From Tubulanus polymorphus (taxonomy: Eukaryota; Animalia; Nemertea), in the NCBI RefSeq assembly GCF_964204645.1, contig NC_134027.1, forward strand, positions 12,990,485-13,054,484: 64,000 nucleotides of DNA, in the 5' to 3' direction. Below the pieces are notes generated by a model. That model worked only from the letters and a program-made list of their open reading frames with translations. It was not told the DNA's origin and did no database searches. Each line of letters starts with the position of its first letter. Positions within the stretch are counted from its first letter, which is position 1. Made by a program: the position numbers and the translations under genes. Shown here in pieces: positions 1 through 11,875 of this stretch.

Positions 1-656
1 TTAGTTACTGTGTCATATTCTAAACATATATTTGATAATTTATAACCCATATCTTTAACAACGCTAGATGATACAATTTCATTTACAGGAGCAAATGTTA
101 TCTCAAATATAATATCTTCTTGAATTGCGTATTTATATAAAGGCGCATTATTATTTATCAATTCAAAGTCTAATGGAATTTTATATTTGCTTCCATAAAT
201 CTTTTTAATCAAATTATCTGCGGCACGAGATACTATTGCGTCATTAGCTCCTGATCTTAATTTATTATGGTTTTCCGATTGAATATCCTGAAATATCATA
301 TTATTTCTATTTTCTTTAGTTAACCATAAATCTTTATAATGCATAAATAAATTATAATCATCTAATGAGAAAACTGTTTCTGGACCAATCTTTATTGTTA
401 ACTTTTTAATCAAATACCTTCCAACATTATCAACAACATAATTGTTATCATGGCCAGTTACTTTTATATCAGCTGACAAATAAATACTATTTGGAACATA
501 AAAAGTATTTTGTGTTAATCGAGGAATTCTAACATATAAAGTTTCATCGGGATTAATATTTGAAGGATTATGAGTAATTATATGATGTGATCTTTCTGCT
601 TTAATAGCATTAGATATTCTAGAAATCTTAGAAGGACTTATATAACTCCCACTCAT
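1..656 (-). CDS. Polinton major capsid protein, N-terminal part (runs off window)
   Basis: ATG at 656 in TAAATG context. Reads MSGSYISPSKISRISNAIKAERSHHIITHNPSNINPDETLYVRIPRL...VVDNVGRYLIKKL...YKDLWL...IPLDFEL...ICLEYDTV, motifs of invertebrate Polinton double-jelly-roll MCPs. Homologous to 32346..33454. Confidence 0.8.
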   Translation of the reverse strand, partial: MSGSYISPSKISRISNAIKAERSHHIITHNPSNINPDETLYVRIPRLTQNTFYVPNSIYLSADIKVTGHDNNYVVDNVGRYLIKKLTIKIGPETVFSLDDYNLFMHYKDLWLTKENRNNMIFQDIQSENHNKLRSGANDAIVSRAADNLIKKIYGSKYKIPLDFELINNNAPLYKYAIQEDIIFEITFAPVNEIVSSSVVKDMGYKLSNICLEYDTVT

Positions 657-677
657 TTATTTAACAAAAAAAGTTAA

Positions 678-2143
678 TTATTTATTTTTAATCATATTCA
701 CTAACCCAAAAATAATAGCACTTACAACTGTAATTAAAAATAAAATAATATGTTCAGCAGCAAAGTTAAGAATATTCCCAGCAGATTTCAATATAAAACC
801 AACAATTGATGCAATAATTCCTGGTAACGCTGCAGCAGATTTTTTAGATAGTTCCCATAAATATTTTGCTAATTTCTTTAAACCATGTTTAACTTTATCT
901 TGTATAGAATTATTATCATTCGGGTGTTTATCCGGTTTATTGGGAGTAGGAGTAGATTTCAAAGCATTTGATATTGCTAAACCAATTGTTGTAAATAACA
1001 TAGTTACAGCTGTTAGAATTGAAAGAATTGTTATTCCTTCTAATTTAAATAATAACTTTATTCTATCTTTCAATGATATTTCAGAATTTGGTTTTATCAA
1101 TAAATCTTTGAAAATAACTTTTAATCTATTAATATTATAATCATATGATTTTAATAATAATTTAATTTCTTCTTTTTGTAATTCTATGTTATATCCTAAA
1201 TAATCTTTTTCTTTTTCTAAACGTAATTCTTTTTGCCTATATTCTTTACTATTTATTTCATCAATTACTTGATGATCTAAATCAGACTTTAATTGTTCTA
1301 TTTCTTTATTTTTATCAGTTAATTCTTTTTCTAAAGTTCTAATTTTAAAATCTCTTATACTTTTATCATGCGCAATTTTATCAGATGCAAGTCTTATACT
1401 TTTAATTTCTCTAATTGCTTCAACAGAAAATATATTATTTAAATCTTCTAATTGTTGATCTGTTGCATCAATTAATCCATTCGGTAAAAGTTTTTCAATT
1501 GGAACTTTATTTGATTTAAGTTTACTAGTTTTGGAAGTTATATTCTGTTCAGAAGTAGTTTCTGTTTCTGATTTCTTTTTGATTATTTCAAATAATTCAT
1601 TAATTCTTTGTTTAAATACGTCTATATCATTATTAGTTAATTCTTGTTTTATAACATCAGTTATTACATTACTATTACTAATTCTTTTAATTCTATCTGG
1701 ATCTAATTTTCTCAAAGTTAATTTTGTTATTATTTTTTTTAATAAGTGATATCAATATAATAATCATCTTTCAAACGATAATAACATTTACCATTATCTA
1801 AAAATTTTAATCGATCTGCTAAAAGTCCAACGTCTTCATCATTTATGTTAAGTTTAGATTTTTCAATTAAATCTTCTAATTTAGTTATTTTGTTTAAATT
1901 ATCTAAATTTTCTCTTTCTAAACCTGGGTCTAAATTTTCAGGATTTATTCTCGATCTCTTTCTTCTATCAAATTCATCTGTTGATAGGCCTTTAGAACCA
2001 CTATCTGCTAAATTAGAATTATATGCTGATTCATCATCATTATCAATATTAGTTTCTGCATCATTATAATCATCATCAATATATCCTTCATTATTATTTC
2101 CCATGCCGTCCATTTCATAATCTTCTCCACCTTCTACATCCAT
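678..2143 (-). pseudogene. Polinton coiled-coil protein with acidic N-terminus and C-terminal transmembrane helices (frameshifted near 1720-1740)
   Basis: ORFs 1739..2143 and 678..1715 are continuous with homologue 30889..32322. Hydrophobic segments ITILSILTAVTMLFTTIGLAI, LPGIIASIVGFIL and IILFLITVVSAIIFGLV. Confidence 0.7.
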
Positions 2144-2159
2144 TTATATAATAGAAAAA

Positions 2160-3548
2160 TTAAAATTTAAAATATAATATTCCTCCTATAACAATTCCTA
2201 TACAAGTTAAAGCTAATTTAGTATTTTCATGGGATTTATTATCATCATTTAGTTTAATTATATCATGTTGAATATTATCAGTTTTAATATTTTCTGTAGT
2301 ATTGTAATCTTTTATTTTAGAATCATTATTTAATTTAATATTCTTAGTTTTAGTTTCTGTTGATTGAATGTGTTTTTAATTTTTTTCACCTTCCATTAAT
2401 TTTGGAGCAGTAATAATCTTTTTATTTATATCATTCAATCCAAATGAATTATTTATTGTTGCAGTTTTAATTAGATTATTATAACCAATTATGTTTCCCA
2501 TCTTTAATACTAAATCATTAGAAATAATTAATAGATTAGGTCCTATACAATAATTTAATCTAATATGTGATTTATCTAAATAATTTTGATATCTTACAAT
2601 GTTTTCTGGAATCGATCTATTTTTATCATTATGAATAGAATCTTCAAATAATACTTTGAATTGTTTCTGTGTATCAAATGATGTATTTAAATTTCCAATT
2701 ATTGGGGATCTTGTTTCAACTTGCGAACCTAAAATACATATCAAATAAGTTCTAATAGATTGATTTATTCTTTGTATAACTGATTTTGTAAAACCTTCAT
2801 TATTTTCTAAAATGAAATAAACCCAACCATTATTGTTTTCTTGTTTTGAATTATCATAACATTTCGGTAATTTATTGAAATTTAATGTTTCTAAATCCTT
2901 AGTTTCTATTTTACCATAACCTAATTTATTACTATAGATATTATAAAAACTATTAGATGGAATGGGAAGTGCACAATATTCTGCAATCTTTTTAGGGCAA
3001 GGAAGTGATCTTATTGTTCCAATTTTTGTTCTAAAATCAGAATTATTTATATCTATATTAAATTCATTACAAATTTTATAAAACTTTGATAAATTGATAT
3101 TATTATCTAATTCTTTAAAATACCTAGATCCTGGTAAAGCGCACTCTAATTCATTTAATATTATTCTGATTTGAAAGTATGCATGAAATCTAAATAAACT
3201 TTGAATCAATTTATATTTAGAATTATTCAAATGATCATTCCAACTAATTCCCCAACCTGTTGTTGCACAATAAACAGCAAAATTTAATTGGTTCTGCCAA
3301 TACTTCATATTAGATTTTAATAACCATTGTTTTTCATCTTTCAATTTTTTAAAATTGATTAAATATACATGAAATATATTTTCCATCTTTGCATTAAAAT
3401 TATTAGTTTCAGTAACATAAATTTCTAAATTAGTTAATGAATCTAAAACTTCATTTCTATATGTAATATCTTTATTAAAATCTATTGCTGGAATATTATA
3501 TTTAATTGATTTATTATATTGGAAAGCTTTTGGAAAACCATCTACCAT
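2160..3548 (-). CDS. Conserved Polinton protein of unknown function, with frameshifted hydrophobic C-terminal tail
   Basis: 390-aa ORF 2376..3548 with WQNQLNFAVYCATTG motif. Homologue at 29511..30871. Tail LALTCIGIVIGGILYFKF lies at ~2165-2220. Confidence 0.7.
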
Positions 3549-3980
3549 TTATTTTATTAATTCTTTTAATAATTTATCTTGTTCTTCAACTGTTATATGA
3601 CCATTTAAACTTATTATATAATCTAGTGTATTCTTCAATTTATTAATTTCTTTTATATTAGTTTTAATTTTTTCTTTATTACTTTTTATATTTAATTTTG
3701 AACTTATACCAGTTATAACACTTGAACTTAATCCTAATACACCAATTGAAATAGCTAAAGGTGTTAATGGACTGAATATTGCTAGAAATGTTATTACAGA
3801 ACTAATTGTAACCGAACCACTTATAATCAAATAATATATAATTTTACTTTTTTAATATTTTTTCTTTTTTATCTTTAGGTCACTTTCAAATTCTAATATT
3901 TGTTTTTCTAAATATATTTTTAATTTAAGTTTATTTATATCATGAGGAATAATATCAATACTATCAACTTTATCTTCCAT
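3549..3980 (-). CDS. Small Polinton membrane protein
   Basis: ATG at 3980, matching MDDKVD... at 29142. Hydrophobic hairpin ISSVITFLAIFSPLTPLAISIGVLGLSSSVITG flanked by Lys-rich coils. Confidence 0.65.
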
Positions 3981-3999
3981 TCATTTAGAAAAAAAATTA

Positions 4000-4422
4000 C
4001 TAATTAGTAAATTTATATGCTACAAATATAACAATAACAGTTCCACCTAAAATCCATATTATTTCATATTTCTTCTGTTCATTACTTGGGGTATAATAAT
4101 CTGATAATTTAGGTTTGTATAGATGTAATTTTTCTTTATTTGTTACTGCGTTATGTAAACTCATTGCATCATCAACTGATTGAAAATCTCTATGTGAAAT
4201 CTTCTGATCATATAATTCCTTGTTAATATAATCCATATAGTTTTGCCTCTTTTCTCTATATTCTTCTGCTGCTTTATTATATTTTTCTAATGCTAAGTTA
4301 TGTCTTCTTTGTTCTCCTAATGAACTATTTTTATCAATATGCTTAAATAAATAACCGCCACCAGTAAATGCTAAAGCGTTAACAATTGCTGATCCTATAA
4401 TAGTTATAATTGCAGAAGCCAT
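4000..4422 (-). CDS. Small Polinton protein with N- and C-terminal hydrophobic segments
   Basis: Intact 140-aa ORF MASAIITIIGSAIVNALAFTGGG...EQRRHNLALEKY...IIWILGGTVIVIFVAY with TAAATG start. Homologue at 28707..29122. Confidence 0.75.
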   Translation of the reverse strand: MASAIITIIGSAIVNALAFTGGGYLFKHIDKNSSLGEQRRHNLALEKYNKAAEEYREKRQNYMDYINKELYDQKISHRDFQSVDDAMSLHNAVTNKEKLHLYKPKLSDYYTPSNEQKKYEIIWILGGTVIVIFVAYKFTN

Positions 4423-4446
4423 TTATTTAGTAAAATAATTACGCAT

Positions 4447-4668
4447 TTATATGGGAGGAATATATTTTTGTTTTTCTAAATAATCAATAGTTAAATTAGA
4501 TAAAGTAACTGCTAATGTTAATTTTAAAATATCATTTATATCAAATCTATCAACATTAACACTTCCCATTTTGAATACCTTTTTTAATACCATTGAATAA
4601 TCAACAGTTCCAACTGATAGTAATGCTCCATTATATAATCCAGTTATTATCCACTTATTATCACTCAT
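4447..4668 (-). CDS. Small hydrophobic Polinton protein (73 aa)
   Basis: Intact and same length in both copies (28462..28683); TAAATG start. Confidence 0.75.
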   Translation of the reverse strand: MSDNKWIITGLYNGALLSVGTVDYSMVLKKVFKMGSVNVDRFDINDILKLTLAVTLSNLTIDYLEKQKYIPPI

Positions 4669-5010
4669 TTATTTATCAAAAAAATTACTATCATCAAAAT
4701 ATTTAGTTATCTTAGTGATGATTAATTCAACATTTATTTCATTGCTACTTTTATGATTATCATATATTTTGGTTAATATGTTTTTAATATCATCAATAAT
4801 TCCATCTTCATTTAATTCATAATATTCTAAAGGTGATTTAATTAAATCAATTACTTTTTCTATATTATAATTTTCTTTATTAATCATTGATGCATTGTTA
4901 AATGATTTACTTTTTATATCAGTAATTACATCATTTAGTTTAATTCTCATTTCTTTACCATGTTTAAAATCAAAACCAAAACATATACTCGGGCCAACAG
5001 TTATATTCAT
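4669..5010 (-). CDS. Polinton hypothetical protein (113 aa)
   Basis: TAAATG start. Homologue at 28110..28460 has conserved N-terminus MNITVGPSIxFGFDFK and C-terminus IITKITKYF. Confidence 0.65.
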   Translation of the reverse strand: MNITVGPSICFGFDFKHGKEMRIKLNDVITDIKSKSFNNASMINKENYNIEKVIDLIKSPLEYYELNEDGIIDDIKNILTKIYDNHKSSNEINVELIITKITKYFDDSNFFDK

Positions 5011-5026
5011 TTATATAGTGAAAAAA

Positions 5027-5793
5027 TTACTCTCTACACCTTATAACTAATTCATAAATTACAGGGAAATTATTTAAATCAATTAAGTATCCATTATGAT
5101 TTCTAATTTCTAATCTAAAATTATTAAAACGAGGAATGCATGGTTTGAAATCACATTCTGTTAAATTATAATTTATTTGCGTTCCAAATTCTTTAACATT
5201 CTTCAATGGTAAAATGTTTAGTAAACCAGAATTACAAGTTATATCTTTAGTTGCTTCGAATGTTTTTGTAGGATCGATTAAATTGCAATAAATATAAAAA
5301 TGTGAGTAAGGTATTAAGTTTGGTGTAACAGCATCAATATTTGTAAAAGATTTATCTGGAGGAATTCCTAACAGTTTAGCTATAGGTTTTTTTTAACCAT
5401 AAATGCATGTTTTTCACTATTAGACAACCTTATCTTTATTTTGTCAGTACTCTCACTTTTTAAAAATCTAATATTAAACCCGGAATTATTACCTGACTTG
5501 TGCCAGGCTTTTCTATTAATTTCTTGTGCCAATGTATCTAAATTATATAACCCCGGTTTTAAATATATATAAGCCCATTCATTTTTATTTTTATTAAAAA
5601 TTAAAAAAGCTCTATGTTCAATAGTTTTATCCGATATATTATAAAAAGAATTACATAAACTTATATTTACTAATTTTAAATCAACACAATTCTTAAATTC
5701 TCTATCTAATTGTACTAGTAAATTATGTGATTTATAATTTGTAAGTTTTCTAGAATCAACAATTATTCTGTATTCTTTTAATTCTACCATCAT
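5027..5793 (-). pseudogene. Polinton minor capsid (penton) protein, frameshifted near 5385
   Basis: Motifs NSFYNIS, KPGLYNLDTL, LAKLLGI, FYIYCNLID, LLNILPL and LEIRNHNGYLIDLNNFPVIYELVI are typical of Polinton single-jelly-roll minor capsid proteins. Confidence 0.75.
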
Positions 5794-5858
5794 TTATAAC
5801 ATAAAAAAATTACCGCTCATCACTAAAAATTAATTTTAATAAATTTTTTCCTAAATAA
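5794..5858. promoter_or_regulatory. Divergent intergenic promoter region between penton and Zn-finger genes
   Basis: 65 bp with a TAAATG initiator on each strand. Core TCACTAAAAATTAATTTTAAT is conserved in copy B (26994..27057). Confidence 0.55.
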
Positions 5859-7188
5859 ATGGATGAGAAGATAGAATGCGAAATTTGTGGTGAACTTCTA
5901 AAAAAGTAATATGGCTCGACATATGAAAAAACATGAAGAAAATTATAAACCCCCCAAACTAAACTGCCCAAAATGTAATAAATTATTCTCAAGAAATTAT
6001 GTTAAAAAATATTCGGAGAAGTGTAAAATTAATGGCGCAACGGTTAATGTTGATAGTAACGAAAGTAATAGTAATTCTGTTGAAGTTGAACCTGAAATTA
6101 TTTGGAAAAGACCTTTCTTATTCTATGATAAGGATAATATAAAAGATCATTTCTGTGAGCCTTGTCGAATAAAATATAGCCCTAAAAATTTAGAAGATTG
6201 GGAGAATCATCAATTTCGTAAAGTACATATAGATAAAATTTCTAATAAATTTGAAAGTGAATTCAATGAAAGAAAAAATAATTTATTAGAAAAAATAAAA
6301 TATGAGAAAACGTTACCAGATAATAAAGAAACAGTTGAAAAGTTAGAAAAACAATGTAATGAATTAACAAGAAAAACATATTATTGTAAATATTGTAAAT
6401 TGATTATTACAACAAGTAATTCAAATCTACATAATAGAACAAAAAAACATAAAGAAAACGTAAGAAAATACCAAGAGCTTAATGAAGATCTATTACCAAT
6501 ATATTATAAACGAAAATGTCCACAATGTAATTACGCGACCTTAAGACAAGAAGGTACTGTGTTATTTTGTGTTGATTGTGGATGGCAAAAGAATTTATGG
6601 GGTGAAGAAAAAACTAGAAATTTTCTCATAGAACCAAAATTAAATTATCTAGATGAAATTTTTAAAATATTTTCTATAGAAGATCATACACCAGAATATA
6701 TGCAATGGCTTGAAAAAATGAAAATAATAGAAAATAAAAATGGTGAAATAACTAAAAAAGATATTATAAAAACAATTATTCCGTCAACATTTGATACAAA
6801 ACAAAAGAAAATGTATTTATATTTATTATTCAACGATTATTATGAAAAACCTAAATTAACAGAAAAAGATATGGAAAATAAAAAAAAAATATTTAAACAA
6901 ATATTAATGTGTTATTTGGAAAATAGAATAACAGATTCAATAAATTATGAATTCTTTTTAAATAAGATTGTAAATTATTTAAACATCGATATTATAATTC
7001 CATTTGACGAATTAACGAACAAAAACAAACAAAGAGAGCGAGATGAAATGCGGAACAAGATAGAACTTTATTTAAATGAGAAAAATGAAATGGAAGAAGA
7101 AGCTAAACAAATTATACAAGAACAATTAAATGAAAATGAAGAAGCCAATAGTGATTTCGAGTATGATGATATTGATTTTATGTTTTAA
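5859..7188 (+). CDS. Multi-C2H2/C4 zinc-finger protein of the Polinton (frameshift near 5900)
   Basis: CEICGE..MARHMKKH, CPKCNK, CEPC..HQFRKVH, CKYC..HNRTKKH and CPQC..CVDC. Convergent with pPolB. Homologue at 25452..26993. Confidence 0.8.
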
Positions 7189-10100
7189 TGGCCATAAGGT
7201 AATGTATTTATACCATCATCTGAAATATGTCTTTTATCATCAAATGGATTTAAACTAGTTTTTTCAACTTCATTAATGTACATCTCGTGATCTTCTGATC
7301 TTAAACAATTCATTTTATGTTTCATTACAATTGAGTTATATAAACACATTATATAATCTTGAAATTCTATATGTTTATCAGCCACATATTTTGTTATTCC
7401 TTTTAACTTTTTAGCTTCATGATCTTTTGTCCTATATCTATACATTTTACTTCTTATCCCAACAAATTCAATCATTTCATCACCCCCTAATTCATCTTTA
7501 AACTTACCAGGAATCTGTTTATTATCATTGCTAAATAGTTCATGATCTTTGGGATAATTGCTAAAATCAAAATGATGTTTTAATCTTTTTAAGTCTTTTG
7601 TTATGTCATTTGTCTTGATTTTTAGTATGTACGCATCGGTATTTTTTTGGATTAATGGGAACCCAGAATTGAATGTTCCATCATCTGTTGATGAATCATA
7701 AACATAGTCAGTTGGGTTATATATTTCAAATAAATCTTTAACTTCTTCAGTTAAATCTTTTTCTACATGCCTTAAATTAAAACAATTTGGTTTAGATTTA
7801 ATTAATTCTATATTCATATTAAATCCTAATGAACTGCATAATATATTCAATCCTGATATAGCAACTTTTCCTTTTTGAGCAAAGGGTATTGTTTTGCGGT
7901 TTTGGAAACTTTTTGAACCATCTGCAGCATAGAATCCAATGAAGAACCATTTTCTTAAATTATTTTTTGCATTTAATATATAATCTGGCACTATCTTTTC
8001 TTTTGTTGAAGTATTACTTTTAACTATTGCATGAATATAGAATTCATCATTATATTTTATAGCAAAATCTTTAGGATTATTTACAAGTATTCTATAAACT
8101 GCTGTTGATTTCATAACATCCATGACTTTAAATGTTTTATTTGGATAAACTTCTTCACAGAATTTCTTAATTCTTTCTAATAATTTTAAGTCTTGATTGC
8201 ATAAATACCAACAATATTTATTACCCCAAACATAATTATACACACCTGCTGAACCATCACCCATGAAAAATCCTTTGATAAAATATTCTTTTTCTTCTAA
8301 TGTTTCGGGTTCTATATTATAAATATTATCAATAATTTCGTCGAATGGCATATGATTCATTCTTTGGAAAAATCTTTTATGTAATAATTCATCTCCAATT
8401 TTTATATCAGTTCAGTTATTTCATCGCCATTTCGTTCAATTAAACTATGATCTTCTGTAACATCTACAAATCCTAATTTAGTTCTAACTCTATAGATTTT
8501 CTTATTTGTTTCATGTCTAATAATATTCTTTAATTTTTTCCATCCATTTCTTGTCCAAACATCCATTAATCCATTTATTTGTATTAATTCTTTTTCACCA
8601 TACGAAATATAACATTCATTTTGTTTTGGAATTATTTCTGAAATTCTTCTTATCAATATTTTATCATTACATTTTAATAATATTGGGGTGTCAGCTGTTA
8701 CAGAATCAAAATATAATATTTCAATATGCTTTTCCCCAAAAAGTGGTTGTAAAACATTATAATAAAAATCATACATTAATAATTTTGATACTTCTAAAAC
8801 AGTTGAACCAATGAATATAGGTTTATTAAATTTCATTGACGTTCTTTTTAATTTAACTGCTGTTAAATAATCTTCAAATCTTTATTTCCTAAATGTCTAG
8901 GACTTGATTGTAAATGTCTTAATCTTTCAGAATTATTTACTAATTCAATATCATTTCTATTTCTAATATTTTCACATGTTTTACCATAAAAACTATTGTT
9001 CATTAATTTAAAAAAATCTTTTTCAAAATCTGTTTTTGATATGGTCCTCTGTTGAGTATTAAAATCTATATATTTTTCTAACCACTTCGATTGATTAAAT
9101 TCAATATATCTATGTACTTTCTTTAATTTCATTCCTTGTTTTAGATAAAATTTTAACATTCTATAATGAACGATATAATTGTATTTATTATTTTGAGTAA
9201 GTATTAATTTTTCTGTAAAAACATGATCTTTCGGTTTTATTTTCTTCTGGTATTCACTTAAATAACTATCATCTACAGTTAAATGTTCTGGGCAATAAGG
9301 TAAGTTTCTTGTTTTAAACTTTATATTTTCAGGATATTCTAAATCAACTACAAAGAAATAACCAATTGGTGCTTCATCTTTTAAACTCGCAATTGCGCTT
9401 TTTCATCATTTTCAACTTCTGTTAATATAAAATTTTTATGTGGTTGAGGTTGCATCATTGCCCAACCATATAAATTATTGGCGTCAATATATAATAATTT
9501 ATATTCATCATTTGCTTTAAAATACCTATCTCCCATAACACCACTAATTCCACCTCTAATTGATTTTTCAAATAATAAAACCATATCTGGTTCTTTTAAT
9601 AAATCTAATTCTACATTTGTATATTTTAAACCACATTGCCAGGTTAAACCAGGACTAGAGTAGCAATAACAAGGATCAACATTAAAATGATTCAAATTAA
9701 CTTCTCTAAATTTTTCAAATATGTCAGCCAATATCATAACATCTGATTTTAAATATAAATCAACTAATTCACCATGATTTTTCATCTTAAAATGGTTCCA
9801 AATATTTAATGTTCTATTAAACACTTCGTCTTTCACATACTCCTCTTTTAATTGATCATAAAATTGATCTTTTAGTAATTCTGTTACATTAAAATCATTG
9901 TGTGTTTTATAAAATGAATAAGGAATTGCGCCTTTATATCTCAATAATTTAAAATCTTGGTCATTTGGATAATAATATCGAGTTATTATAAAATCATTAT
10001 CAACTAAACTGTTTGATAAATTATCTAATGAACTTGCTAGAAATCTATAAGAATCTAAAAATCTAATGCAACCAAATTGAAATGAAATATAATTTTCAGA

Positions 10101-11860
10101 TGTTTTAGCTAATAGTTTAAAATCATATTTTCTTACATTTACACCATTCATAGCATTATATTCTTCTATTTCTTGATTAATTGTGCCCAATTTCCCTGAT
10201 AATTGTTTTATAAATAGATGGGTATCATAGCCTGATAGATTATGAAATAATATTGGTACGAAATTAACTTTCTTAGCTTGTAAATTGCAATCTTCATGAG
10301 CAGCTCCACGATATTTTGAATTTAAATGATCATGATCTCTAACTTTTTTATCAAATGAATAAAAACGTTTTTCACAATAACAACAATGAGTTGCATAATT
10401 AAAATCAATTTCATCTTCTTTTGTCATAACTATTCTTTTATTTTTGTTTAATAATTTTACAAAATCACTTTCTAATTCAATCATTTTATCACAAAAAAAT
10501 CATTAACTACATTTTCACCTCTAAAAGAAATATATTGATTTCATATAATTCAGGATAATTTGATTTTATATAAATTCCATAAGCAGCAGCTCTTTGATGA
10601 ACTTTTTTAATTGTATTTATAATTGGCGGGTCTTGTATTGTGTCTTCATTTAATTCATTTCCTTTATCCATTGATTTTAATAATTGCTTTTTGTTATATA
10701 TTTCTTTTCTATCTTGATCAGTTAATTCTTTATTCAACGATTCAAAATCCCCATAAATTACAAATGGAACAATATTCTTAAATTTATGATTTGTAAATTT
10801 CAATTTATTATCTTTTTCTGTTGGCATTATTAATTTACAAAAATCTTTGTTATCACATAATTCTTTATGCTTTAGTAACGCATTCGCAGTTCTAAATTTA
10901 GATAAACATTTTCTACATAGATAAATTTTATGACTGTTAAAATAACTTTCTGTTCTAAAGAATAAATCAATTTGTTTTAACCACATTTAATGTTCATTTT
11001 CATCTTTTTTTGTAATATAACAAATCTATAGCATTTTCATCATCATAATATTCTGTTAAATATAGAGCTTCCAATGTATAATCTTTAATATTTTCACCTT
11101 TTGTCTTTGGTAATTGCATTAATTCGAATATATTTATTTTTAAATTATTAATTTTTTCTATGTTGGGTATCATTTTTATAGTTACTGGATATTGATCAAT
11201 TTTATATAATGTTTCATATTTCCGGTAATTTGTTATTCTAAAACTATGTGTAATATCTTCTGTTGGGTGTAAGCAACTAATAATTGACCATAGAAAACAT
11301 TTATTATCTTCATTTTGAACATTTATTACTGCTTTTGTTGTAAATGGTAATTTAATATAACTTGATGCTTTAATATCCTTTTCTGTTGTAAAGTTTGAGT
11401 CATTTTCAAACATTGTTTTACTTTTTGATGTTTTATTCTTTTTTGTATTATAAACATTTAAATCTAAAAATATAATTCCATTCAATGTTAAACCAGAACC
11501 CTCAAAATATCTCTCTTCAATATGACGTTTAAATTCATTAAATATTTTTTCTAACTTCTCTTTTATTTGCGTTTTTGAAATTATTTCTTCAGAGAGTGTT
11601 TGAATATTATAATCCATTTTATCTTCTGACTTTATAAAACTTACTTTCCCAGAGATACTAATTTTTGGATATTCAACATCTGTTATCAAATGTAGTATTT
11701 TTTCTATTATTTCATTAAATTTACTATAATCTTCTATTGTTGTTCCTTTAAAGAATCTAAATATAATAGCCGCAGGACTAATTTTACTATGTAATGTTTC
11801 TAAAATTTCAATTGTATCTTTTATTTCTAGTGAATCAATATAATTTCTAACATTTTCCAT
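7185..11860 (-). pseudogene. polB: Protein-primed family B DNA polymerase (pPolB), several frameshifts, intein-containing
   Basis: N-terminal SSYIKLP..VINVQNEDNKCFLWSI region; ExoI YGDFES; endonuclease-VII-like insert CCYC..DHDHLNSKYRGAAHEDCN; ExoII FHNLSGYD; ExoIII YLKSDV; motif A YIDANNLYG; motif B KLMNNSFYGK; split motif C YFD|TD; C-terminal GKFKDE, GIRSKMY, KLKGI and DDKR. Confidence 0.95.
7641..8704 (-). mobile_element. Intein with LAGLIDADG homing endonuclease inserted in pPolB motif C
   Basis: Block A SVTADTPILL starts at 8704; block B VDVTEDHSLI; LAGLIDADG motifs FIKGFFMGDGS and FFIGFYAADGS; block F YVYDSSTDDGTF; ends QKN (7641), followed by +1 Thr (TDA). One frameshift near 8410. 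Confidence 0.92.
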
Positions 11861-11875
11861 GTAAGGTAAATGGAT

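Noticed and set aside
940-2069. Short plus-strand ORFs (940, 1531, 1845) and similar antisense ORFs throughout the window
   Set aside because: They are shadows of real genes on the opposite strand, with no motifs or start signal.
7185-8360. 391-aa ORF as a standalone LAGLIDADG-polymerase fusion gene or group I intron ORF
   Set aside because: It is the downstream part of the intein plus the C-extein, separated only by a frameshift. Intein blocks and junction residues are present.
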